Below the pieces are notes generated by a model that was given only the letters and a program-made list of their open reading frames with translations, was not told the origin of the DNA and ran no database searches. The translations under genes and the position numbers were made by a program. Of a stretch of 64,000 nucleotides of DNA, positions 31,140 to 41,137 are shown piece after piece. The stretch comes from a bacterium (GTDB taxonomy: Bacteria > Electryoneota > JAOADG01): positions 3,296,001 to 3,360,000 of the forward strand of contig OY820579.1 of the NCBI GenBank assembly GCA_963681965.1, read 5' to 3'. The first letter of the stretch is position 1. Each line of letters starts with the position of its first letter.

Positions 31140-32395
31140 GTAAAGATGGGGGGTGGGTTATGGGTGGTAGGTGATGGGAAAGGATCTGCTTAGTACTTGG
31201 TGATTAGTACTTAGTTAAAAAAAGTAGGGGAGGGCTCCCATGCCCGCCCGTTCTTGTATCTTCTATCTTGTATCTTGCAGTAGGGGCGCCTCCCCGCGGG
31301 CGCCCGTTCTTGTATCTTTATTTTTTATCTTTTCCCAACACCTACCACCTACCCCCCACCACCCATCTTTTTGGTGGCGCAGGCCTCCGAGCCTGCGTTC
31401 TTGTATCTTTTTTTTCCCCATCACCCAACACCTACAACCCACTCCCCATCACCCATCTTTTCCGTATGTCGGAATTTATTCCGACTCCTCTTGTGTCCAA
31501 AATTGATCAGGCGACCTCGAGGACAGAGGATACAAGAAAGAAAAAACGCAGGCTAAAGCCTGCGGCTACGCTGGACAAATACGCGGACTAAAGTCCGCCG
31601 CTACCAAAAATAATCACAAGATCGGGCGGGCATGGGGACCCGCCCCTATGGAAAAATTGTACGATCGTATTGCTGTAGGTCAGAACTTGTTCTGACCACC
31701 TCTTGTATCCAAAATTGGTCGTGCGACCGCGGAGGGTCGCCATTACGGCAGGATACAGGATTCAAGAGAAGAAAGATCGCGGACTAAAGTCCGCCGCTAC
31801 CAATCTTTTCCCAACACCAACACCCATCTTTTCGGTGGGTCGGAATTTATTCCGACTCCTCTTGTGGTAGGGGCGGTTCGCGAACCGCCCGTGTCTGTTG
31901 AAGATCGATTATATTCGCAATCGGGAAAATTATTTTTTGCGAAAGGTAAATATTTGTGCATTATCATCGGGTTCGGGCGGGCGCGGGTACCCGCCCCTAT
32001 GGAAAAATTGCACGATCGTATTGCTGTAGGTCAGAACTTGTTCTGACCACCTCTTGTGTCCAAAATTGGTCGGGCGACTGCTGAGGGTCGACATTACGGC
32101 AGGATACAGGATTCAAGAGAAGAAAGATCGCGGACTAAAGTCCGCCGCTACCAAAAATAATCACAAGATCGGGCGGGCGCGGAGGGACGCCCCTATGGAA
32201 AAATTGTACGATCGTATTGCTGTAGGTCAGAACTTGTTCTGACCACCTCTTGTATCCAAAATCGGGCGGGCGACTGCTGAGGGTCGACATTACGGCAGGA
32301 TACAGGATTCAAGAGAAGAAAGATCGCGGACTAAAGTCCGCCGCTACCAAAAATAATCACAAGATCGGGCGGGCGCGGGGACCCGCCCCTACTTC
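31140..32395. repeat. largest REP-like mosaic, containing ~196-bp tandem super-units
   Basis: CGCGGACTAAAGTCCGCCGCTAC recurs at 31582, 31778, 32129 and 32325; GTAGGTCAGAACTTGTTCTGACC occurs three times. Confidence 0.92.
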
Positions 32396-32405
32396 ATACT
32401 ATGAA

Positions 32406-33656
32406 CTACTTTAACAGTACGATCTTTTGGATCTGAGTGAAACTGCCGGCGGTGAGACGGACGAAATAGGTACCGGTGGCGAGACTCTTGCCATCGAATG
32501 TAAAGGTGTACTCGCCGGGATCCTGCTCGAAATTCACGAGTTTCGCGACCTCTTTTCCGGTCACATCGAATACACGGAGATCGACCTTCCCGCTCTTTGC
32601 GACCGCATAGCGGATGGAAGTGGTGGCATTAAATGGATTGGGATAATTCGGTTTCAGCGAGAAGTTGGTGGGAACCGTTTCGCTGACACGATCGACGACA
32701 CCGAGCGCCTGCGAACAGTCGTAGATGCCGATGTTGGAATCATCAGCCAGATAAATCGTATCGCCCACCACAGCACACTGGTTTGCTTCCCCGGGTGTAT
32801 TGTAGAATCCGACTTCATGAGGGTTCGCTGGAATAGTGATATTAATGATTCGTAAACCCGTAGCCTCGGCAACATAGGCATAATTGCCGGAAACGGTCAC
32901 GCCACGAGCGTAACCGGGTGTATCGTAGAAACCGACTCGTTGTGGGTTTGTCGGATTGCTGATATCGATAATCCGCAATCCTGCATAACAATCGGCGACG
33001 TAGGCATAGTTGCCGGAAACGGTGACACCATATGCACAATCGGGCGTATAGTAGAACCCGACTTGTTGCGGATTTTCCGGATTGCTGATATTGATGATTT
33101 GCAAACCCGAATACCAATCGGCAACATAGGCAAAATTGCCGGAAACGGTGACACCAACAGCATAATCTGGAGTAGTGCAGAAACCTACTGCGGTGGGTGC
33201 TGCTGGATTGCTGACATCGATGATCCGCAATCCTGCCATGGAAGCGGCAATATAGGCATAGTAACCGGAAACGGTAACACCATATGCACAATCGGGCGTA
33301 TAGTAGAACCCGACTTGTTGCGGATTTTCCGGATTGCTGATATTGATGATTCGCAAGCCGTAATCATGTGCGGCGACATAGGCATAATTGCCGGAAACAG
33401 CCACGTGATTCGCAAAATCAGGCAAATTGCAAATGGCTACTTGTTGGGGGGTTGCCGGATTGGAGATGCTGATGATTCGTAAGCCGGCATACCCATCGGC
33501 GACATAAGCATAGTTGCCCTGTAACGCTACCGCTTGCGAATTTGTCTGCCAAAATCGTCCGAGGCAGGTTACACCGGAGCTATCTTGCGCGAACGCAATA
33601 TTCATCGAGAGCAATACGAACAGGATACAAAATAGAAGGTGTCGCAGTGGTTTCAC
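32406..33656 (-). CDS. secreted LVIVD-repeat beta-propeller with T9SS type-A C-terminal sorting domain (intact paralog)
   Basis: Signal peptide ending AFA-QDSSGV, about 6 LVIVD repeats, C-terminal ~110 aa nearly identical to 22750-24135; GTG start. Confidence 0.9.
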   Translation of the reverse strand: MKPLRHLLFCILFVLLSMNIAFAQDSSGVTCLGRFWQTNSQAVALQGNYAYVADGYAGLRIISISNPATPQQVAICNLPDFANHVAVSGNYAYVAAHDYGLRIINISNPENPQQVGFYYTPDCAYGVTVSGYYAYIAASMAGLRIIDVSNPAAPTAVGFCTTPDYAVGVTVSGNFAYVADWYSGLQIINISNPENPQQVGFYYTPDCAYGVTVSGNYAYVADCYAGLRIIDISNPTNPQRVGFYDTPGYARGVTVSGNYAYVAEATGLRIINITIPANPHEVGFYNTPGEANQCAVVGDTIYLADDSNIGIYDCSQALGVVDRVSETVPTNFSLKPNYPNPFNATTSIRYAVAKSGKVDLRVFDVTGKEVAKLVNFEQDPGEYTFTFDGKSLATGTYFVRLTAGSFTQIQKIVLLK

Positions 33657-33786
33657 AGGTAGTTCCTTTCTCAATGATAGCAGTGCAATCGGTTCGTTAT
33701 CGGATTATCGGGATGGTAATATGATAGTATAGGATCAAAACAGATCCAAGCGAAATTCCTGCCAAATCGTAAATATTCGCTGCATT

Positions 33787-34205
33787 CAGTAGAGGCGGGT
33801 CCCCGGCCCGCCCGTTCTTGTATCTTCTATCTTGTATCTTGCAGTAGGGGCGCCTCCCCGCGGGCGCCCGGTCTTGTATCTTTATTTTTTTATCTTTTCC
33901 CACCACCTACCACCCACCCCCCATCACCCATCTTTACCGTATGTCGGAATTTATTCCGACTCTTTCCTTTTCAAGTAGTGGCGTATTGAATACTCTCCGC
34001 GGGCGCCTCCGCGCCCGTTTCGGGCGGTTCGCGAACCGCCCCTACCAAAAAGGATAAACAGAATAATGAGTAGGTCGCCACATGCGCCGAACGGCGCATT
34101 CGCAATGACAAATCAGGATACAAAAACGGGCGGGCATGGGAGCCCGCCCCTACTACTGCAGAAAAGATAACAGAAAGGGCGTATGCCATACGCCCCTACG
34201 ACAAG
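33787..34205. repeat. REP-like mosaic upstream of the second LVIVD gene
   Basis: 34020-34200 is the reverse complement of the ordered hairpin series at 22024-22213. Confidence 0.88.
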
Positions 34206-34226
34206 ATACAAGATTATAAAAAAATA

Positions 34227-35573
34227 CTATCGTCCCTGACGTAGCGTATAGGAGAATTTCTTCTCGCCCATCGCCGGAATCCGCACAGTGAATTCCTGCT
34301 CCGACGCACTCTTCTCCACCGGCGCAATCGTCGCATCGCGAATCGACCACTCCCCGCCCGACCGCGCAGTCGCAATCACCGTGACATCCGACGCTTTCCG
34401 ATTCTTCAAAATCACCTGATAATCCGTTTCCGTCACACCGACCGAGATCTGACGATACTTCTTTTGAATCGTTTCCGCCGTCACATCGAATGCATTTCCC
34501 ACCGTCAATTTCACATCGCTGTTGATCGGCGTGTGATCGATCCGGTCTTCTCCGATAAATTCGCGATTGCCCGACGTTTCCGCTTGGAACAGCCGCACCC
34601 GCCCTGCCGGCATCGGAATTTCCAAGCCCGATGGTTTGTCCGATTTGAACAGAACTTTCACACTCACCTGCTTGTTGCCGGGCTGAATATCGTAGCGGTA
34701 TTCCTGCGAATACGGCACATTCGCCGCCGTCAGCAGTGAAATCTGTTTCCGTTCGCGATCGTTGATACTGCTCGGTCGCTGCAATTCGTACAAATGATAT
34801 TCGAATAAATTGCGCTGTTCGAATTGCGGCGAAGGTGCCGCATCAACCGCCATCTCCATCGCCATCCCGCCGCGCGCTTTGTACATCCGGTTCATATCCT
34901 GCACCCGGTTCACATCGCCCGCAATCAATTTCAAATTCGCATTCGGATAACTGCCGCCGCTGTTATTATTGATATCGACCCACCCCTGCAGATCTAGTTT
35001 ATTGCCTGATGGCGGCAGCACGGCGATATATTCCGCCGCCCAACTGATGCCGTTCGTCGTATACGAGAGTTCCGCCGATTGATTCGATTTACCGCGATTG
35101 TCGATATGCCAAATCAACGTCGGTTTCATGTACAGCCCTTCGGAATTGCCCGGTACCAATATCTGCCGGATTCCACTCTGGATGATCCGCATCTCTTTCG
35201 CGGTTTCGAGCACGATGCCCCAGCCACTCGATGTCAGCAATTTCCCCGAAACGACATTCCCTTCCTGCATCACGATGTCGACCTGCTCGCCCAAGCGCCG
35301 CTGCAATAGCCGCTCCTGACTGACCAGATCGTATTCGAAATTCTGCTCAATCACATACCCATTCGACAACGACAACTTCACCGAGGTCGGATCGATATTC
35401 GCCGCGACATCGGAGATCGAAATCTTGTTGCCATCGTCGATCGTCACATCGCGCACTTCGCGCACCACTGCGATATCGTTATTATAAACCGTCAGGTGGA
35501 TCGATCGCTCCGCGGCAATGACCGGCAGCGTTAGCAGCAATCCCAATAAAATCGTGATGATCGTCGTTTTCAT
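34227..35573 (-). CDS. DUF4139-domain secreted protein
   Basis: Signal peptide, LTVYNND.AVVRE.R, EQNFEYDL, LSYTT.GISW.AEY, MPAGRVR, FIGEDRIDHTP. Confidence 0.85.
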   Translation of the reverse strand: MKTTIITILLGLLLTLPVIAAERSIHLTVYNNDIAVVREVRDVTIDDGNKISISDVAANIDPTSVKLSLSNGYVIEQNFEYDLVSQERLLQRRLGEQVDIVMQEGNVVSGKLLTSSGWGIVLETAKEMRIIQSGIRQILVPGNSEGLYMKPTLIWHIDNRGKSNQSAELSYTTNGISWAAEYIAVLPPSGNKLDLQGWVDINNNSGGSYPNANLKLIAGDVNRVQDMNRMYKARGGMAMEMAVDAAPSPQFEQRNLFEYHLYELQRPSSINDRERKQISLLTAANVPYSQEYRYDIQPGNKQVSVKVLFKSDKPSGLEIPMPAGRVRLFQAETSGNREFIGEDRIDHTPINSDVKLTVGNAFDVTAETIQKKYRQISVGVTETDYQVILKNRKASDVTVIATARSGGEWSIRDATIAPVEKSASEQEFTVRIPAMGEKKFSYTLRQGR

Positions 35574-35602
35574 AAAGATATATCCTCGTCGGTTGTGCAG
35601 AA

Positions 35603-36028
35603 TTATTCCGATTTCATCCGTTGTTTCACCTTCGGCGCCAATTCATCGTCGGGATAGTCGCGCAGGAAACGTTCCCATTCGGCTTTCGCTTTATCCAATT
35701 TGCCCAGTTTCATATAACATTGACCGAGCATGAACCGGGCGTGTTTCTCTTTGTTGGAATTCTTGACGGACGCCGCCAGTGCATACTCCGCGGTAGCCTC
35801 TTCGACGCGACCGAGACCCAATAGCGCCTCTCCCGACCAGTAATGAAAATTGCCGGTAAGCGTATGATTGCTATAGCTCGTTGCCAGTTCCCGGAATTCC
35901 TTCAACGCTTCCAGCCGCTTCCCCTGCTGCATTTTTTCCAGTGCCGCGGTGTAGCGCGCATTCACATCGACTGCGAACGCAGTCACGGAAACGCAAAGCA
36001 GTAACAAGATCAAAATGAATTTGTTCAT
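35603..36028 (-). CDS. TPR protein, YbgF/CpoB-like
   Basis: Signal peptide, HYWSGEA, ARFMLGQCY..LG..KAKAEW..FLRDYPD. Confidence 0.75.
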   Translation of the reverse strand: MNKFILILLLLCVSVTAFAVDVNARYTAALEKMQQGKRLEALKEFRELATSYSNHTLTGNFHYWSGEALLGLGRVEEATAEYALAASVKNSNKEKHARFMLGQCYMKLGKLDKAKAEWERFLRDYPDDELAPKVKQRMKSE

Positions 36029-36100
36029 CGGAAAATCCTGTGTCTGTGGTAACGATTATTTTCGTCACCACAGACCTTGTATCAATTCAAACGTGAAATC

Positions 36101-37576
36101 TTACGGAACCCGGATCAAAATATCGATCCGGCGATTCTGGATCCGACCTTCGCGGGTACTATTGTCCGCAATCGGTTTCTCGGAACCGTATCCGGTCGAA
36201 GTGATGCGGCTTTCGGACAAGCCGAGATTCGATCGCAAATAGTCGGCAACTGCAGCGGCACGATCCTGCGATATTTTTTTATTGCGTACTTCATCACCCG
36301 ACGAGTCGCTGTGACCTTCGACAACAAACGAACAGGTGCTGAATTCCTGAAGACCGGAAACGACTTTATTCAGCAATTTCTGCATCGCATTCGTTACATT
36401 CGACGAGCCTGCCGGGAACGACAATCCGGACAATCGCAGCAAAATCGTACCTTTCGGATCGACAACGCTGGCTTTCGCTTCCTTGGCTGAGAAATTGTCG
36501 GAAAGCAGCGTGGCTTTTTCGACAATCATCTTCTGTCGCTTCAATACGTCGGATTCGCGCTGGGCAATACCCAACCGGCTTTCCAGTTCGGCGACGCGAA
36601 GTTGCGTCTTCGACAATTCGCTCTCAAGACGGGTGCGGGTATCCTGAAAATTCTTCTCGAGGAATGTATACTTTTGATCTTTCAGTGACATCTGCGATTG
36701 TGCCGCAAGCCGAAGCGAATCGATCGCCAGCAGAATTGTACGACTGGCACCGTCGGCACCATCACTCCAATCCAAATCCAGATTCATCCGGCGCGAGAAC
36801 CCGAGCAAAAACTCTTCGTAATAGAGAAAACCTTTTTCCCAACCGCTCTTCTCTTTTTCGAATTTCTTTGCCATCTCGGCGATTTTTTGTGCGTGCTTCC
36901 CTTCCATCGTCGCTAATTTGGCAGCTTCTTGTGCCTTTGCACCGGTATAGGCATTCTGCTTCAGCATATCTTCCGCACTTTGGAGCGCTTCCGCTGCCGA
37001 ACGGAAGGTCAAAGGCGAGTAGGTTTCCGCGCCAAGTTTCCGGGCAGATTCAACAGCGTCACGGGCACTGCGCAATACCGTATTGCGAACCGCTTCGGTT
37101 TCGGCGCGATTGAACCGGTCGATCATCTCCCGTTCCCGTTTTCGCGCTGCATCCAGCGAATTGTCTTCCAAATCGCCGATCACTTTATCCCACAAATCCT
37201 TCGCGTTCTCCCATTCTTTCTTGGCGGCGGTCGGTGCATTCATTTCCATTGCCCGGGCGCGAGCTGGAATCACTCCGGACAATACTTTATGTCCGATATC
37301 GGCGGTTTCGCTCGCTTTCTTCGCCTGATCGATCGCACGGTTGAGCAGTGCATCGATATCCTTCTGGGCTTTTTTCTTCGCAATTGCTTTCTTGGCATCA
37401 TCAAGTGCCTCTTTCGCCTTGCCCAACGTCTTCGGACTCAAGAAATCGGCATCGTTCGAATCGGCTTCGGCAATGACTGCTTCGGCTTGGTCTTGAAGTT
37501 GCTGCGCTAAGGCGGGAACCATCGACATCGTTAGAAAAGCAGCAATTATGCAAAGAATAGAGAATTTTTTGGTCAT
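36101..37576 (-). CDS. OmpA-family peptidoglycan-binding protein with long helical/coiled-coil N-terminus
   Basis: VEGHSDSSG..N.KISQDRA.AV..YL, GYGSEKPIADN...GR.QNRRIDI. Confidence 0.88.
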   Translation of the reverse strand: MTKKFSILCIIAAFLTMSMVPALAQQLQDQAEAVIAEADSNDADFLSPKTLGKAKEALDDAKKAIAKKKAQKDIDALLNRAIDQAKKASETADIGHKVLSGVIPARARAMEMNAPTAAKKEWENAKDLWDKVIGDLEDNSLDAARKREREMIDRFNRAETEAVRNTVLRSARDAVESARKLGAETYSPLTFRSAAEALQSAEDMLKQNAYTGAKAQEAAKLATMEGKHAQKIAEMAKKFEKEKSGWEKGFLYYEEFLLGFSRRMNLDLDWSDGADGASRTILLAIDSLRLAAQSQMSLKDQKYTFLEKNFQDTRTRLESELSKTQLRVAELESRLGIAQRESDVLKRQKMIVEKATLLSDNFSAKEAKASVVDPKGTILLRLSGLSFPAGSSNVTNAMQKLLNKVVSGLQEFSTCSFVVEGHSDSSGDEVRNKKISQDRAAAVADYLRSNLGLSESRITSTGYGSEKPIADNSTREGRIQNRRIDILIRVP

Positions 37577-38081
37577 CGTGATCCTCTTTAGTAGATGTTA
37601 GTGAAGATATTTAATATAACAAATTTCCGACGATGAATGTTAGAACTTGAGACCGGATAACATAAATATCGCTGTAAAGGAATATCCAGCGAATTGAGTT
37701 AGAAAAATCAAGATTTGGTCCGAAATTAAGTACTCTAACAGTAATGAATGCGATTTTCTTGATTAAGAGGGTATTTATCGAATCGACTTACTACAGGATT
37801 CGGAATATTATGGTTTAACTTCTGAATATTTCCAGAATCTCAACCCTCGGTATTGCGATATTCGAAGTACTTCAATATGTTAACTCAGCCTTGAATACTT
37901 CGATTTTCGAGTCCATTCTTAAATTGAAGCATTGATTCCTCTTCGATTGCTACTGATTTTCACGATTAGCAAGTACTATTTCTCGAGATCGCAATAGCCC
38001 TTGATGAAGGGGCTAGGAAGCTCGATGTAAGGTTTCTGATAGATTAGATCGTTCGATATAACTTTCGATGAGGTTCCATGA

Positions 38082-40742
38082 ATGACTACCGGTAATAATC
38101 AAATATACCCATCGTCTTCGCGAAAATTAAGTCTTCGCTTCATCACGGTTGCGGTAACATTGATTATTCTCGGGATTGGGTTGATGTTCTCCTGGTTCGA
38201 AGCCCATTCGGAAATCCGTAATCTGAATGAAACGATGCTCGCGCAAGCTCGAATGTTGACCGAATCTTTGGATCGCGATCGCATTACCCGCTTATCTGGA
38301 ACACTTGCCGATACGGCTTCTTCGGACTACAAATTCCTGCGCGAAAAAATCATTCGCATTCGCGAAGCGAATCCCAAATATCGGTTCATGTATTTGATGG
38401 GCAAACACGGCTCCAGTAAACCCTTCTTTTACATGGGTACGGCACTGGAAAATTCCACCGATTACTCTCCTCCCGGACAAATCTACGAAGAAGATTCACC
38501 GACACTGAATGCTGTGTTCGCGAAGAATCAAGCGAGTATCAGTCCGCCGTTCAAGGATCGGTGGGGAACTTGGATCAGCACACTCATTCCTATTACCGAC
38601 CCGAACACCGGAAAAGTAATTGCGGTATTTGGAATGGATGTCGATGCTGCCGATTGGCGATTGCAAATCATCAAGGGCTCGATTCTCCCCTTTATCATGG
38701 CAATTATCGCAATTGTACTCATCGGCGCCGGTACCGAAAATATCCGACGTCGACAATTGGCTACTCAAATCGCACTGAAACAGAAAGCTGACGATCTTCA
38801 GCGCGAAAACGAAGAATTTCGCCTGCGGATTTTCGAGCATTCGCAGATTCCGATTGTGGTGATTGATGTAGCGACCTTCAAGATTATCGAATGCAATCAA
38901 GCAGCAGTCGAAATATTTGGTTTGAATTCGCGCGATGAGCTAATGGCAAGTTCCCCAGTTACGGTCTCGCAGCCTTTCCAATACGACGGAACACCATCCA
39001 GTGATAAGGCGAAACGCTACATTGAAAAAGCGATTCGGGACGGTTTGGTCGTTTTTGATTGGCTCCATCGCAGACCGAATGGCGAGATCTGGGATGGTGA
39101 GATTCACTTGATGAGTTTTCGGACTGGCGATCGTCAGATGGTGCAGTTTACGATTTCCGATATCACCGAGCGAAAACGGGTCGAGCAAAAATTACGCGAA
39201 GAACAGGAATTTACTTCATCGATACTCGAAGGGATTCCCGGTCTGCTATACATCTACGATGACGCCGGACAAATCGTGCGCTGGAACAAGAATCTGGAAA
39301 TTTTATCGGGATTCCATTCCGACGAAGTGAATTCGATGAAAGTTACCGATTGGTTTGGTGGCAAACAGCCGGATACTTCAATTGTCGAGAATGCGATTAA
39401 AGAGGTACTGGAATCCGGTATCTACACTTTTGAAGCAAATCTTGTGACGAAAGACGATCGATCCTTACCATTTTATTTCACGTGTGTCAAATTGATTGCC
39501 GGAAACAAGCGGTACTTTACCGGTATCGGCATCGATTTATCCGAACGGAAGCAAGCCGAACTTGAGAAGGATAAGCTCCAAAAACAATTACTTCAATCGC
39601 AGAAAATGGAAGCAGTCGGACATCTTGCCGGTGGCGTAGCCCACGATTTCAACAATATGCTCGCTGCGATCATCGGCTATTCCGAAATGGCGCTTCTTTC
39701 CACACCGCCGAAATCGAAACTGCACGAAGAAATTCTCGAAATTCATAAAGCCGCCAACAAGTCGGCGGATTTAACCCGTCAATTGCTCGCATTCGCTCGT
39801 CAACAACCGGTTAAACCGGTTATTATCAATCTGAATCAAACTGTCGATGGGATGTTGAAAATGCTTCGCCGCCTGATCGGTGAAGACCTCGAATTGGATT
39901 GGAAACCGAGCGGTACGATCTGGAATATCGAAATCGATCCCACTCAGATCGATCAGATTCTCGCGAATCTGGTCGTGAATGCCCGCGATGCGATTAAGTC
40001 GATTCGACCCATCGGAACGATCACGATCAGCACGGAAAATTATCACTGTAGTATCGACGATCCCAGTCGTCCGTTCGATCTACCGGCAGGACAGTATGTG
40101 CGACTGAATGTCAGCGATAATGGCTGTGGAATGACCAAGGAAGTACTGCAACAGGTATTCGAACCATTCTTCTCGACCAAAGGGGTTGGAAAAGGTACCG
40201 GTTTGGGTCTCTCTACGGTATACGGTATTGTAAAACAGAATAAGGGTACGATTCATGTCTACAGCGAACCGGAAGTCGGTTCGACATTTTCGATCTTCTT
40301 TGTTCGACATGAAAGCGACGAGATTAAAACGCAATCTATCGTTGCCAACACCCATTTTCGCAGCGGATCGGAGACGATCCTATTGGTCGAAGACGAGCAT
40401 ACTATTCTCAATCTGGTGGAACAGAGTCTGAAAAATTTGGGATACAATGTCATTGCTGCCGGGAATCCGGTACAAGCGATTGCTCTGATTAAACAGAATT
40501 CCCACTCGTTCGATTTGGTGATTACCGATGTGATCATGCCGGAAATGACTGGTCGGGAAATGGTGCTCGAACTGGTGAAGTTGCGGGACGCGTTTAAAGT
40601 GCTTTATATGTCTGGTTATCCGGCTGAAGTCATCGCGACGAAAGGGGTTTTGGATGTAAGTGTCAATTTCATTCAAAAACCGTTCTCATTGATCGATTTT
40701 TCGATGAAAGTCCGATCCATCCTCGATGCGAAGCTGGCATAA
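38082..40742 (+). CDS. hybrid sensor histidine kinase/response regulator with PAS domains
   Basis: 2 TM helices, 2 PAS domains, LAGGVAHDFNN H-box, NLVVNARDA, GTGLGL, receiver DLVITDVIMP. Confidence 0.95.
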   Translation: MTTGNNQIYPSSSRKLSLRFITVAVTLIILGIGLMFSWFEAHSEIRNLNETMLAQARMLTESLDRDRITRLSGTLADTASSDYKFLREKIIRIREANPKYRFMYLMGKHGSSKPFFYMGTALENSTDYSPPGQIYEEDSPTLNAVFAKNQASISPPFKDRWGTWISTLIPITDPNTGKVIAVFGMDVDAADWRLQIIKGSILPFIMAIIAIVLIGAGTENIRRRQLATQIALKQKADDLQRENEEFRLRIFEHSQIPIVVIDVATFKIIECNQAAVEIFGLNSRDELMASSPVTVSQPFQYDGTPSSDKAKRYIEKAIRDGLVVFDWLHRRPNGEIWDGEIHLMSFRTGDRQMVQFTISDITERKRVEQKLREEQEFTSSILEGIPGLLYIYDDAGQIVRWNKNLEILSGFHSDEVNSMKVTDWFGGKQPDTSIVENAIKEVLESGIYTFEANLVTKDDRSLPFYFTCVKLIAGNKRYFTGIGIDLSERKQAELEKDKLQKQLLQSQKMEAVGHLAGGVAHDFNNMLAAIIGYSEMALLSTPPKSKLHEEILEIHKAANKSADLTRQLLAFARQQPVKPVIINLNQTVDGMLKMLRRLIGEDLELDWKPSGTIWNIEIDPTQIDQILANLVVNARDAIKSIRPIGTITISTENYHCSIDDPSRPFDLPAGQYVRLNVSDNGCGMTKEVLQQVFEPFFSTKGVGKGTGLGLSTVYGIVKQNKGTIHVYSEPEVGSTFSIFFVRHESDEIKTQSIVANTHFRSGSETILLVEDEHTILNLVEQSLKNLGYNVIAAGNPVQAIALIKQNSHSFDLVITDVIMPEMTGREMVLELVKLRDAFKVLYMSGYPAEVIATKGVLDVSVNFIQKPFSLIDFSMKVRSILDAKLA

Positions 40743-40769
40743 CCTGCCACATCCCATTGTGGGATCTTT

Positions 40770-41075
40770 CATCTTTTCCCAACACCTACCACCCATCTTT
40801 TCGGTGGCGCAGGCCTCCGAGCCTGCGATCATGTTCTTTTCAGTAGGTCGGAATTTATTCCGACTCCTCTTGTGTCCAAAAATGAACGGGGGCATGCGGG
40901 GATGCCCCCCTACTTCAGGACACAAGAAGAAAAGATAACAGAAAGGGCGTATGCGATACGCCCCTACGGTAGAAAAAAGAGCGGACTATCGCCCCCACTT
41001 CAGGATGCAAGATTCAAAAATACGCGGACTAAAGTCCGCCGCTACCTTACTGAATTGTCAGGCTAAAGCCTAACC
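40770..41075. repeat. REP-like mosaic between convergent genes
   Basis: GTGGCGCAGGCCTCCGAGCCTGCG, GTAGGTCGGAATTTATTCCGAC, GGGGGCATGCGGGGATGCCCCC, GGGCGTATGCGATACGCCCCTAC. Confidence 0.88.
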
Positions 41076-41137
41076 CCCGAATACAGAAAGGAGGGCGCTA
41101 GCGCCCTCCCCATCCGGAATTTTTAAGAACCACGCGA

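Noticed and set aside
31575-32395. CRISPR array
   Set aside because: The sequences between hairpins are themselves repeated, the period is ~196 bp, and no cas genes are present
37577-38081. AT-rich 500-bp intergenic region with a small hairpin near 37996-38014
   Set aside because: Consistent with a divergent promoter region; no repeat, ORF or RNA motif that I can support
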